A stretch of 64,000 nucleotides of DNA from the human T2T-CHM13v2.0 reference genome, Homo sapiens (GCF_009914755.1 NC_060927.1), one strand, 5' to 3'. Counted from the stretch's first letter, positions 27,861 to 40,848 are shown. Notes: a model not told the origin generated them from the sequence alone. Numbers and translations: made by a program.

Positions 27861-28182
27861 ATGAGGAGATTCGCTGGTTAATGGGAGAGGAAGTATTAAA
27901 ACTGCACAGAAACAAACCAAACCATTAATATGGTTATCAGGGAATGAATTGCTGAGCAATTTATATTTTTTTCATTCAAAATATTGATTTTAAAATATCA
28001 TACAGCGAACCTGCGTAACTTCTATAAGTAGAAACACCTGTAATTTATCTTTACATTTTCTACTTAGTGTAAGTTAACAACAAGCTACAATTAAGCCACT
28101 GAGTGCATCCAACACTCATCTCAAATTAAAACTATCTCTTATACCTCAGAATTGGCACTGTATAATTATAAGCCACATATCT
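27861..28182 (+). repeat. Left arm of long inverted repeat (322 bp)
   Basis: Reverse complement of 29115-29435; by hand alignment 15 substitutions and one 1-bp indel. Confidence 0.97.
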
Positions 28183-28314
28183 AACTTAAAGCTGCTCTGT
28201 CATATCTCCTCCAGCACAGGCCTGACTCTCCAAATCTTTAGGCTTTCTTGAAGGGGATATGATTCTAGTTGGCTCATGGGTTCTGATAAACTCCTTAGTA
28301 ATCCTAAGGGACTT

Positions 28315-28440
28315 ACGGAATGTTTGAATTGGAAAGGGCCTTGGAGCTTAAAAGTAACTTATAATTACAACTGGGAAAATAGAGGCCTGGATCAGTGAGT
28401 GATATGAGCTTGGCAGTAATGTGAATTATTGGCACCGTGA
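28315..28440 (-). mobile_element. MIR/MIR3-like fragment in the inverted-repeat spacer
   Basis: 'gaatgtttgaattggaaagggccttggag...ttacaactgggaaaatagaggcctgga'. Confidence 0.5.
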
Positions 28441-29114
28441 CTCTGGGCAGAAATTACTCATGTGCTTCTCTTAAATAAGGTGCCAGCTTGGGCTTCATGG
28501 GACCTACAACAAGAGATCCTAAGATGCCTAGCACCAGTCAACCTGGATCAGAATTAATTAACAGCAAAAATCCAGTGACTTCTTCCTGTACTTTCCGTAT
28601 CTCTCAAACTCTGCTGCCAAGACCAGTTCCAGCAGATTGGAGAATATAATATAACCCGTGGCACTACCCTCAAATTTGGCTCCTGTTCTGGCTTTCTGGG
28701 CAGGCCAGCCACCTTTAGAAGTGACCACATCTTTCTGATGTCTCATCAGTCGGCAGTCTGATACTTGGTTGCTCAGTTCATATTTTCTCAGCACAGATCA
28801 CTTTGGTCTGTGACTTAAAATTTGGGCTCTGGCATATTATTCTGCATCTCTCTACAGCCTGGACTTGCTTCTGGGCCTAGTCTCTCCTGGCTAGACAAAG
28901 ATATTAGTGAAACAAACAAAAGCATTGCCCTTGAGCTGCCTTTTTCTCCTCAGCTTTGCTTCTACACTTCACCAAGTTGTTGAATCTCTCCCTGTCCCCG
29001 GTAACATTAGACGTTGGGGTTGGAGTACTCTTTTTTCCATTGCGTGCAAAACTTCCAACTTTCTCCTTCGAAGTTAAGGGTGATAAGTAGGGCACTCCAA
29101 AACATAATCTTAGA

Positions 29115-29435
29115 AGATATGTGGCTTATAATTATACAGTGCCAATTCTGAGGTATAAGAGATAGTTTTAATTTGAGATGTGTGTTGGATGCGCTCAGTG
29201 GCTTAACTGTAGCTTGTTGTTAACTTACACTAAGTAGAAAATGTAAAAATAAATTACAGGTGTTTCTACTTATAGAAGTTATGCAGGTTCACTGTATGAT
29301 GTTTTAAAATCAATATATTGAAAGAAAAAACATAAATTGCTCAGCAATTCATTCCCTGATAACCATATTAATGGTTTGGTTTGTTTCTGTGCAGTTTAAA
29401 TACTTCGTCTCCCACTAAGCAGCGAACCTCCTCAT
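29115..29435 (-). repeat. Right arm of long inverted repeat (321 bp)
   Basis: 'agatatgtggcttataattatacagtgccaattctgaggtataagagatag...' is the exact reverse complement of the inner end of the left arm. Confidence 0.97.
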
Positions 29436-29477
29436 ACATCCCATAGCTTAATCACTCAGGGATAAGTTTAAAGCTGA

Positions 29478-29675
29478 AAGAAACCTGCGTTAAAATTCCA
29501 GATCCCCCCAGTTGCTTGCTGTGTAGCTTTGTGACTTTGGCCAAAATTTAGTTTCTCCATCTGCAAAACAAAGATTATAATAGCACCAACTTATGGAGCA
29601 TAGTCATTGAAATGATGCAGGTAAAACCCTTAGATTAGGTCCTGACATGTAGTAAGAACTCAACAGGCAGTAGCC
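29478..29675 (+). mobile_element. MIR SINE
   Basis: 'tagctttgtgactttggccaa...tagtttctccatctgcaaaac...ataatagcaccaactta...cctgacatgtagtaagaactcaa'. Confidence 0.8.
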
Positions 29676-32304
29676 CTGAGTATTCTTTTCTTCACTAGCT
29701 CCCCAAATGCCACACTGGGACTCTCATTTATGGGATCCGTGTGCTGATATTCAATGTGCATATTTAGTTTGTACCAAATTATATTGTAACTGATAATTAG
29801 ATGTTGACATTCGTGGTATCATATCAGCACCATTTTCTGGTTTTAAGATCTGTTTTAATATTTTTGCTATTTGTGGTTATTTTTCTTAATTTTGTTGAGC
29901 TTCAAAGAGGGCAGTGATTTTTAAATAGGCATTCTCTTCATCATCTTTCCCAGAAGTACTGCCAAATTATTTTTCTATTTCTAATACACTATTCTGAACC
30001 TTTTCTCTTAACATGAGTGCCAAATTTGCTTTGAATAAAACATGATACTAAAAACTACATAATACTAAAAAACTAGGTGTAAAGAAAAAAATGTAGAGTT
30101 TGTCACCTTATTTTATTTAAGATAGATGACCAAAATGAGTTTTTAATTTTCTTTTTCCTTTTTAAATCTTGGAAATCCCACATAGGTCAAATCCCATGAT
30201 TCAAACATTTTTTTTTTCTTGGCTTCCTGGCTGTAATGCAATGATTTGATTTCTGCTTAGCTGATATTTCTTTTATCAATTCTCACATTGCTTCTCATGT
30301 GACAAAATAAAACTCTGATTTTTTTTCCCTTTTTTGCAGAACAGGAAATAACCACTTGGCCCTGTTTCTGGTGGTTTTGCATGTACCAGAATGTCCTAGA
30401 GAAATATAACCCATTACAAACCTCATAATGTCAGGGGAAGATGGATGGCCTTGAATACTTCGAACAATGTAAATTGAGCAGCATATAGAATATGTTACAT
30501 TTTGAGCTAAGCTCTATTTTCTGGAAAAAAAGAAAATATGGCTAAAATATTTCATAGTGCAAATCAGCCTTGATTCCTTCAAAATCATTCAAAGAATTGT
30601 ATGTGCTGATAAGAACAAGTTCTTTGCTTTTTAATGATGGTGTATATGAGTAATTCAGAGCCTTATTTCAAGATTACTGGTCAATCTATGCCTTTTACTG
30701 ACATTAACCTTCCTGTAAAATGAGACCATTTAAGTTCACCTTTCAATTGACTGGCTGACATTATAAGTCACCTATTCTGAGATTTAATCAAGTATAAACT
30801 GAAAGTCTTCTCTAGGTCACGTTACCTAGTCTAGTAAAATTTGTTTGAAACAAGGCCCTTAATGCTGATCATTGAGCTCACACTGCCCTGGGTTCATGAT
30901 TTCCTTAACTCCTTGCTTTCTGAAATCTTTATTTGCTTCACTTTTCTTTGTTTCCGTTTTTCCCCATCACCCTGTGCAGGAAAGGTGAGAGCTAACTCTA
31001 TTGAGTGTGTTTGTTGCCATGGTGAAGAAAATAGTACGATTCCACAGTTAATAAAGAGTATCAGGGTGAAGAAGATATTTCTTCCAAGCTCCCATGATTT
31101 TCATTTCATTACAGTGGAACTAAAGAGCACTGACAGGCCTGTTGAAGCAAAATCTTATGTTAGATGTAGTTCATAATGTCATGCTATTCACTCAGAATAT
31201 AGTACTTTCCTGGAGAAATTATTTAAAATGCTTGCAATGAAGAAATGTTTTAAAAGGGACTTCATGTGGTCATTTACTTCCTAACTAAAAAGGAATTGGT
31301 ATTCTACAGATTTCCACTTTGAGAACTGGACAGTAACAGAGTAATATTGTTGCAAAATCCCTTATTAATTCATGCTTCAAAAAACGATTTGTGGCTTTTC
31401 TAAAGGAAAATGTCTTCATTTAGCTGTCCCATCTAAACTTGGGTGTGGAAAGCATGAAGAACCTATCTTTCACAAGTACAAAGGGTAATGCATTTTTAGT
31501 AATGTATGTGGTTCAGAACAGAAAATCTTTTCTCTTATCCCTTCTCTCTCATCTCTTTCCATCTCTTCTACTTGCTCCTCCTACTCACCCCAACCTCTCT
31601 TCACATGCACTTATAGATTCACAAGAGCCAAGTGTGTGAGGAATTTTTTACCAGAAGAGAGAGAAGAAAGTAGCTAAGGTCTAACAGTGTAGCTGAAAGT
31701 CTTTCCCCCATGAATTTTTTATTTGTTAGGTAATTCAAAACACCACAGCTGAACTTGTGTAAGAGGTCACGTCAACTTCACAATCTTTCATTAAAATGGA
31801 AGCAAATAGAAAGCTTTCTTAATTGCATTTTTTCTACTTATCTAAGTCTAATTTACTATGATGAAATACACTTTGGTGAGCATTCCATTGTTTCAATGAA
31901 GAAAGAAAATAAAGAAAAATAATTTTTAAAAACGTAGATCGAAGAAAAGTAAGAATATTTGAAAATAGCAAATTTCCAACTTTTAACTCCATTGTTAGGT
32001 TGCCAGATCCTTTATGAACACTGAGATTGTTAGAACTGCAAATAAAGTAGAATACAATGTTGAAGTGGCTTATGTTGAAGTCTGCTGATAGACAACACAA
32101 AGGTATGTTATGTAAGAAATTTTCTTTCTCAATATAGTTCAAATAGTAGAAAAAAGTGGAAAAAGAAAGATGAATGCATTCAAGGCTTTCTTTAGAGGAA
32201 AGAAAGTTAGCTTTAAAAATAGTAGACATTTTGTCAAGAAGTTATGTTAGAATAGGTGCTATTGAGATGGATATGTGGGAAAGTGGAAGAAGTGGTAATT
32301 GTGG

Positions 32305-32415
32305 AGTACCCATGCTGTGCTATGCACCTTATACAATTTATCTTGTATAATCTTCGTTTATTGTCATCCTGAGAAGGTGGGTAGCAATGTGCACATTTTC
32401 ACAAATAAAGGGAGA
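32305..32415 (-). mobile_element. MIR fragment
   Basis: 'ctgtgctatgcaccttatac...catcctgagaaggtgggt...cacattttcacaaataaa'. Confidence 0.5.
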
Positions 32416-33189
32416 AAAGAAATCTTTTTCTCAAGCTCCTGGCATAAAACACTTGAAGTCAGGTCCATAGAATGTCATACCTTGTTGTCTGCCCCCTGCT
32501 GATAAGGGAAGCAAAGGTTTCCAGTATTTTGGAAAAAGGGGTATTCGAAGAGAAATTATAGAGAGAGCAAATTCATAAATATTGCCTGGTTAATTCCATT
32601 TTATTAATATTTCTTATGAAACAAAATAGATGTTTCGATGGTCACATTACCAGGGAATTTTATTTTTTCAGCTGGACATTGCAAGTCCTTGTGTAATCAT
32701 CCTCCAAATCTCACAACATCCCTTCCATTTAATTATAATCTATTGACTGTATTGTTCCGTTTTACAGACAATGACAATATTTATTTGCATCCATTAAAAA
32801 ATATAAATCTGAGCGTTTTTAAAGATCACATCAAACTTGAGAGAAAGACTACTTCAAGAGAGAGAAGAAATAGAAGACATGGACACTGCCTCTTAAGAAC
32901 ATAAAATCTAAACGTTGAGGCAGGTCAAACTAAGAAATATAAATGCATTTGAGACTCATATAGTGAAGCACAACACAAATGTAGACTGATAGGAATTTCT
33001 TTGCAGATAAGGCCCGAAGATCCAGACTGATGATAAGCCTAAAGCTGGTGGAGGACAATCACTACTGGATTCTACCACAGAAGGCTGCAAACACGGCTGA
33101 GGATTTTTACTAAAGTTACAAAAGTAGGGGCTTTTAGTAAATTTTGTTTCATAGGCAGTGTATTATCCAATTAGAAGTAAGCTAATATT

Positions 33190-33589
<400 letters not shown>

Positions 33590-34097
33590 TTAATATCTAC
33601 CTTCTATAATAGAACTTTTTTACAATAATTGATACTCTCATTTATTCTCTTATTAAAATATATTTATTGCATGTCTCCTGTTTACTAGGCATTGAGTAGG
33701 GAACAAAGCATGCTGTTTTTATATTTTAATATTGAACATTATAGATCGTAAGAGTCTAAAACAAGGCAACAGAGTTTTCGAAAGTGATTTTCAAAGCACT
33801 AATTCTGCAAGATGCTCCCCATCCCTAAAGGGTGCCACAGCCAAATCCATTTGGTAAACATTGCAATGACTGAGAAAGCCTATGGGAAAGAAGTCCCTCC
33901 AGCTTTGTCAAACCCAAAACACTTTTTTTTTTTAAACCAAGGAACATTGATTAATATCCTGTTGCATGAAACATCCTAGGTGAGATGTCAGCTCAGAGCA
34001 GGCCTATTTTGGAGTGCTAATTCAGCAGGTCACAGATGTGAGAACAAGTAGGCAGATGCCATATTCTGGAAGAACTAGCAGAAGAGCAGAAAAATCT

Positions 34098-34267
<170 letters not shown>

Positions 34268-34374
34268 TAAGTATGTTGCCACTCTGCCACTAAGAGATCA
34301 AGCACATAGTTATTTGGAGTAAAATCAACTATGGTGGAGGATGTTGCTACATAGGCTCTAAAGTCATAGAAACT

Positions 34375-34513
34375 CCTTCCTTCCTTCCCTCCCTCCCTCC
34401 CTCCCTCCCTCCCTCCCTCCCTTCCTTCCTTCCTTCCTTCCTTCCTTCCTTCCTTCCTTCCCTCCCTCCTTCCTTCTTTCCTTTTTTTTCTTCCTTCCCT
34501 TCCTCCCTCCCCC
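34375..34513. repeat. (TTCC)n/(CTCC)n pure polypyrimidine tract
   Basis: ~140 nt consisting of C and T only. Confidence 0.95.
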
Positions 34514-34559
34514 AGGAAAGATACATACCTATAGGGAGCTATAATCTAGTTACTCATAA

Positions 34560-34830
34560 TTAATTCTTTCCAACAAGGTATATGAATAGTAAACTTTTTC
34601 AGGTTTCCCATATCTAAAAATGTCTTATTTTACTTTCACAATTTTAGGATAATTAGGCTGAGGATAGAATTCTAGATGCAAAGTAATGTTCCATCAAAGC
34701 ATTGAATATATTGTTACATTCCCTTCTAGCATCTGGTGTTGGTAATGAGAAATCTGAAATTCTGATTTGTTTTTTTTTCTTTTGTTTGTTAATAATTTCT
34801 CTCTCTGAAAACTTTTAGAATTTTTCTGGG
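34560..34830 (-). mobile_element. Ancient L1M ORF1 fragment
   Basis: 'atctaaaaatgtcttatttt...gatagaattctaga...cttctagcatctggtgttg...gagaaatctga'. Confidence 0.6.
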
Positions 34831-34964
34831 CATTTATCTCCCTGTAGTTTTATCTATTTTACAGCTGGATTTTGTTTATTTTAGTGTACTCTCTTTCACC
34901 TTGATCAATCTTGCCAGAGTTTTGTGTTATTTAGTATCCTAAAAAAAAAAAAGCTTAGACTATC

Positions 34965-35255
34965 CTAAAAGCTAATAAACATGTAAAAAGATACTCAACA
35001 TCATTCAGAGTCATAGAATGCAAATTCATTTAAAATGAGGCATTATTATGCAGCTGTTAGACTGACAAAAATCTGAGTAATGCCAAGTGTTGACAAGAAT
35101 GAGGAAAAACTGGTAACCTCAAGCACTGCTGATGGTAGCGTAGGCTGGGGTGGCCCTTCGGGAGAGCAATTTCACATTTGGCACTAAGTGTACAGACTCA
35201 GCTTATATCTATCCATCATATAACAATTCTACCTCTGGGTATATCCCCCTCCCCA
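34965..35255 (+). mobile_element. L1ME-like ORF2 C-terminal fragment (resumes ~36100-36260)
   Basis: 'taataaacatgtaaaaagatactcaacatcatt...gccaagtgttgacaagaatgag...caattctacctctgggtatatcc'. Confidence 0.7.
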
Positions 35256-35289
35256 CCAGCACAACACTTTTATGGACAGATGGACAGAT

Positions 35290-35375
35290 GAGAGAGAGAG
35301 AGAGACAGAGAGAGAGAAAGAGAGAGAGAGAGAAAGGGAGAGAGAGAGAGAGAGAAAGGGAGAGAGAGAGAGAGA
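35290..35375. repeat. (GA)n polypurine microsatellite
   Basis: Direct reading of the sequence. Confidence 0.95.
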
Positions 35376-35784
35376 ATAAGACCACAGGGATTATATGAGG
35401 ATTTTCATTGCATTGATATTTGTGGAGGAGGAGATTAACTTGAGGACATAGATTGACAAGATGTGGTGAACCCACATCCCACATTCACAGGGATATATAT
35501 ATAAACAACAAAAAATACATTAAACAGAACAGAATTGTTGCCATGGTTGTTAGGGTAAAGAGGTCTGGGAGTGAACAAAGGAGAAAGCATGAAATCAAAC
35601 AAACAACGAAAGGTTTCATTTTTGTTAATCCTTTCCTCTCTGTTCATTTCCCCACCTCTCTCTCATCTATCTATCTGTCTGTCTATCTACCTACCTATCT
35701 ATCTAAGACAAAAAGATCTCCCTCTCCTCTCCTTTCTGTCTTCTAACCCTACCCCTCTCTCTCTCTTTTTGTTTCTCTCTCTCA

Positions 35785-36099
35785 GATCATTATCGTTCTG
35801 GGGAATCCACCTGCCATGGTGAGTAGCACTACAGAGAGGCCCATGCAGCAAAGAATTGAAACCTCTAAACAATAGCCATGTAAGTAAGTTTGGAAATGGA
35901 TTCTTAGCCTAACCTTAGGATAACTGTGGCCCCAGGCAATAGCTGGACTGGAATCTTATAGAGATTTTGCACCAAAACCGCTTAGCTCATCTGCTACCAG
36001 ATTCCAGGCCCACAGAAGCCCTGAGATTAAAAAAATGTTTGAAGATTTAGGCTACGAAGTTTTGGATAATTTGTTACAAAGCAGTATATAAGTAATACA
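35785..36099 (+). mobile_element. MLT1 (F-like) LTR 3' part
   Basis: 'ctgccatggtgag...gagaggcccatg...cagattccaggcccacagaa...aagttttggataatttgttacaaagcagtatataagtaataca'. Confidence 0.75.
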
Positions 36100-36260
36100 C
36101 CTAGGAAATCAACTCTTAGGTACATATCCCAGGAACACTTGAACAGGTGCCTAAGCATGTTCCCTGAAGCACTATTTATGGTACAAATAGATGGAGACAA
36201 ATAGATTTTCATCACTATCAGAATAAAATAAGTAAAATATGAAAAATTCAAATAACATAA

Positions 36261-36773
36261 TAAAACCGTGCCCCAAAGAGTTAAAGAAAATAGTAACTAA
36301 TAGAAATCCTTGAGTTTGCAGGATAGTAGATCAGAAAGCAAACAACTTGTTGAAACGTTGAGACACTATCTGCTTGTAAGATAACAAAACTGGCTACACT
36401 CAGTTAGAACCAATATGGCCAACTGGAGTTTATGCAGAATGAGCTTGCAGACATCACATGTTTTATATGAACTCACCCTGAATTTGCACATGAGACCCAT
36501 GAAGAAGCAGGAAAAAGTAACTGCACCCAGAAGGAACCTCCAGGCCTCCTCTTTCCTTCCACAAATTACCTACTAATTCTCGGACTCCACCCTCTAAATC
36601 TTTTCTAATACAATTACTGCCTTAAAATCAGCAGGGGGAGACAAATTCGAGCTAGTCTCCTGTCAGAATTCTTGGTCGACTTGCAATAAAAAGCTTCTCT
36701 TTGCTCAAGAACCTGGTGTGATAATATTGGCTTTTAGTGCATTTGGGCAGCAAGCATCATTTGCTTGGTAACA
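36261..36773 (+). mobile_element. ERV1 solo LTR, MER34-family-like
   Basis: Starts 'taaaaccgtgccccaaagagttaaagaaa', has AATAAA near 36686, ends 'ggtaaca'; 4-bp flanks ataa/gtaa; interrupts an L1ME. Confidence 0.75.
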
Positions 36774-37408
36774 GTAATACTGTAATCAAACACTAGATGA
36801 AATGAACTAGATTAGACAGATAGATCTTCAAAACACAATAAATTGTGTAAAAAAAGTTACATAAATAATCATTTCTAGATAAAACAGAGAAAACTGACAT
36901 TTAATTTAAAAAACAATCAGTTTATTATTTATTTTATAAGTAATCACAGATATACAAATACAAATATATTTCCTGATTATGAAAGAGAAGAACAGGAAAA
37001 AAATATGTAAGACTAAAATTGAGAAATGAATATGGGATACACAAAGACCTTTGATAATGCCTTCCCATGAACTGAGGAGTATCTAAACTCTCTTCTGTGT
37101 AACTGAGGTCCAATAATACTTTAACATAGTATATGAAGATGTGAACCAATGTTACAGGCTCATTTAACATAAATTCAAAAAATTCTAAACAAAAAATGAG
37201 CTGGGTATTAGAATAATAACTGCATCATAGTAAAGAATTGTTTATTCTAAGATGCAAATCAATATTAGAAAATATGCTATTTTAATATATTAACAGAGTA
37301 AAGAAAAATATAAGGTAACTAAATTTGAGGCATTTGATAAAAGTAAATACTTTAATATTTATCTATCTTTCAATCAATCAGTCTATCTAATAAAGTCTCA
37401 TATATGGG

Positions 37409-37886
<478 letters not shown>

Positions 37887-38091
37887 TCATAGATTACACT
37901 GAAAGAAAAAAGAAAATGTGTGAGGAAGAAAATAGGCATAAGGATAGCCCAAGAAGTTTTAAAGAACAATTATAGTAAAGTTATCTTCCCTTAGGAGATA
38001 TCTAGCATGCTATCAACTACAGTAGTAAAAATAGTATAGTTGTAGTGTAGAAATAGGCAAATAAAACAAAGATATAGAATAGAGAGTATAC

Positions 38092-38197
38092 TGTGATGGG
38101 TGCACCCAAATCTCAGAAATCACCACTAAAAAACTTATTCATGTAACCAAACACCACGTATTCCCTAAAAACATATTGAAAAAATAAATAAATAAAA
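38092..38197 (+). mobile_element. L1PB-like extreme 3' fragment
   Basis: 'gtgatgggtgcacccaaatctcagaaatcaccactaaaaaacttattcatgtaaccaaacaccac' plus A-rich tail. Confidence 0.8.
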
Positions 38198-38549
38198 TGT
38201 ATAACTATTCTTTTAAAAAAGAAGTAGACCCATATGTAGATAAACTTTTGATTTATAATAAAGGCAATTTTAAATTGGTAGAAAAAAAGATAGCCTACAA
38301 ATTGTTCAAGTTATTTTGAACAATTAGCTATCTACTTGGAAAAAATAATGTAATCTTCAGACCTTACATCATGCACTACAATGGATTCTAGATTATTTTA
38401 ATAATAGTTAATTATAATCAAAATTATAAAAAGCATTTGTGAAAAAAATGTTTATAACTTTTATGTGGTAAAAGCCTTCCTGTAAGAGATATGAAGCCCA
38501 GAAGCTATAAAGGAAAAATAATTGATTTATTTATCTTCAGTTTTAAACT

Positions 38550-38791
38550 TAGTGTTCAAAAGTATAGACTTTGCAGCCAGAGTGCCCATTGTTTAGATTC
38601 TGGTTCCTCAACTTGGTTATATGGCTTTGGGTAAGTTTGTGATTGCTCCACGTCTTGGACTTTTACCTGTACACACCTCAGATTTTTACCTATAAACTAG
38701 AGATGGTAATAGTACCTTTCTCACAGGACCAGTGTAAGCCGTACATGAGTTAATATGTAAAGTACCTTGGAAAGTACCTGACTCATAGTAA

Positions 38792-38795
<4 letters not shown>
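38550..38795 (+). mobile_element. MIR SINE
   Basis: 'agtatagactttgcagccaga...gatggtaatagtacctttctcacagg...atgagttaatatgtaaagtacc'. Confidence 0.75.

Positions 38796-38797
<2 letters not shown>

Positions 38798-38856
<59 letters not shown>
38798..38856. repeat. (TA)~29 microsatellite
   Basis: Uninterrupted dinucleotide run. Confidence 0.97.
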
Positions 38857-38859
<3 letters not shown>

Positions 38860-39661
38860 TGCTACTATTAAAAAGATAAGTTGAGAAAAAGTTATTTACA
38901 ATATATAGAATCCACATCCAGAATGTATGACAAACTCTAACAAGTCATTAAAAAAATCCCAATAGAAAAATACGTAAAAGATATGAACACACAATTTACA
39001 GAAGAAAAGATTATATGACCATACATACTTACACTAAAAATAAAAGAAATGCAATTTAAAAGCTTTCAAGATGACAGTAAAAAAGATTTATGTTATCGAG
39101 TGTTGCCAAAGATATGAAGAAATGTTAGCAGGACTATAACTTGCTGTATTATTTTGAAAGGCAACCTGGAAGTATCTGTAAAATATAAATGGCCTTTCAT
39201 TATTTATAACAATTCTACTTTTAGGAATGTATTTAATATAAACAAACATTCTCACATGTACAAATATGTGTATATAAAGGTTTTTTTCAATATTATTTAC
39301 AACAGAGAAAGAATTATAAATGACCTAAGTGTCCATCCCCACAGAGGGGATTCAATAAAGTATCTTTCACTCATTCAATAAAGACAATGCAACTCTTAGA
39401 ATAAGATAGTCCTATACACATACTTCAAGTTCTATTTAAAAAGTAAAAATCATGTTATGAATTATTACACTCTGATTTAAAAATAAATTTAATGTTAATG
39501 TTTACCTATATTATGTAAATGCATAGAAAGTTAACTGGGTGTCTATCTTCCCAAATGTAATACTACTAATAGCTAGAAATCAGAAGGAGTGTGGAGAGGG
39601 CTGTTAAATGTAGATAAGGACGTGGGAATTAAAGATTTTTTTAGAAGGGAAACAGGATAAG

Positions 39662-40158
39662 TCTTGGAGGCTTTGTTCATTTCTTTTTACTATTCACAAT
39701 AGCAAAGACTTGGAACCAACTCAAATGTCCATCAATGATAGACTGGATTAAGAAAATGTGGCACATATACACCATGGAATACTATGCAGCCAAAAAAGGA
39801 TGAGTTCATGTCCTTTGTAGGGACATGGATGAAGCTGGAAACCATCATTCTCAGCAAACTATCACAAGAACAAAAAACCAAACACCACATGTTTTCACTT
39901 ACAGGTGGGAACTGAACAATGAGAACACTTGGACACAGGAAGGGGAACATCACACACTGGGGCCTGTTGTGGGGTGGGGGGGAGGAAGGAGGGAAAGCAT
40001 TAGGAGATATACCTAATGTAAATGAGTTAATGGGTGCAGCACACCAACATGGCACATGTATACATATGTAACAAACCTGCACGTTCTGCACATGTACCCT
40101 AGAACTTAAAGTATAATTAAAAAAAAAAAAAGCAGCAGCATATGATGGGGGAAAAAAA
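39662..40158 (+). mobile_element. 5'-truncated L1PA5-7-like insertion with inverted ORF1 snippet and 3' transduction
   Basis: L1 3' end 39689-40131; TSD agaagggaaacaggata (39643) / agaagtgaaacaggata (40159). Confidence 0.9.
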
Positions 40159-40380
40159 AGAAGTGAAACAGGATAGAGAAAGCACACATAACAAGACATA
40201 GCTTCTTTTCTCAGTAAGAATATAATATAGAATGGGTGATAAAACAAATTATTAAAATGTATTTATTCAAAAAATCTATCTACACCCAGAGCTATACCTA
40301 TCAATATAGAATTACCATGAAGATCAAATGAGAGAATACATATAAAGGGCTTACCTAGCACCCTCTATAAATATTTACAA

Positions 40381-40460
40381 AATATATATATATATATATA
40401 ATATACACACACACACGCACACACACACGCACACACACACACACGTACATATACGTATAT
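40381..40460. repeat. (TA)n(CA)n compound microsatellite
   Basis: Direct reading of the sequence. Confidence 0.9.
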
Positions 40461-40475
40461 AAATTTTATTGTAAA

Positions 40476-40848
<373 letters not shown>

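Larger units (their letters stand above)
37900..39500 (+). mobile_element. Ancient L1ME ORF2 3' half (fragmented)
   Basis: Degenerate motifs 'gaagtagacccatatg...ttgatttataataaagg', 'aaaagatatgaacacacaatttacagaagaaa', 'gacctaagtgtccatc'. Confidence 0.6.

Noticed and set aside
33768-33985. Possible old hAT-Charlie element
   Set aside because: Only a vague resemblance at the termini; family could not be supported.
35150-35484. RE-repeat and LS-repeat ORFs
   Set aside because: Translations of the (GA)n microsatellite.
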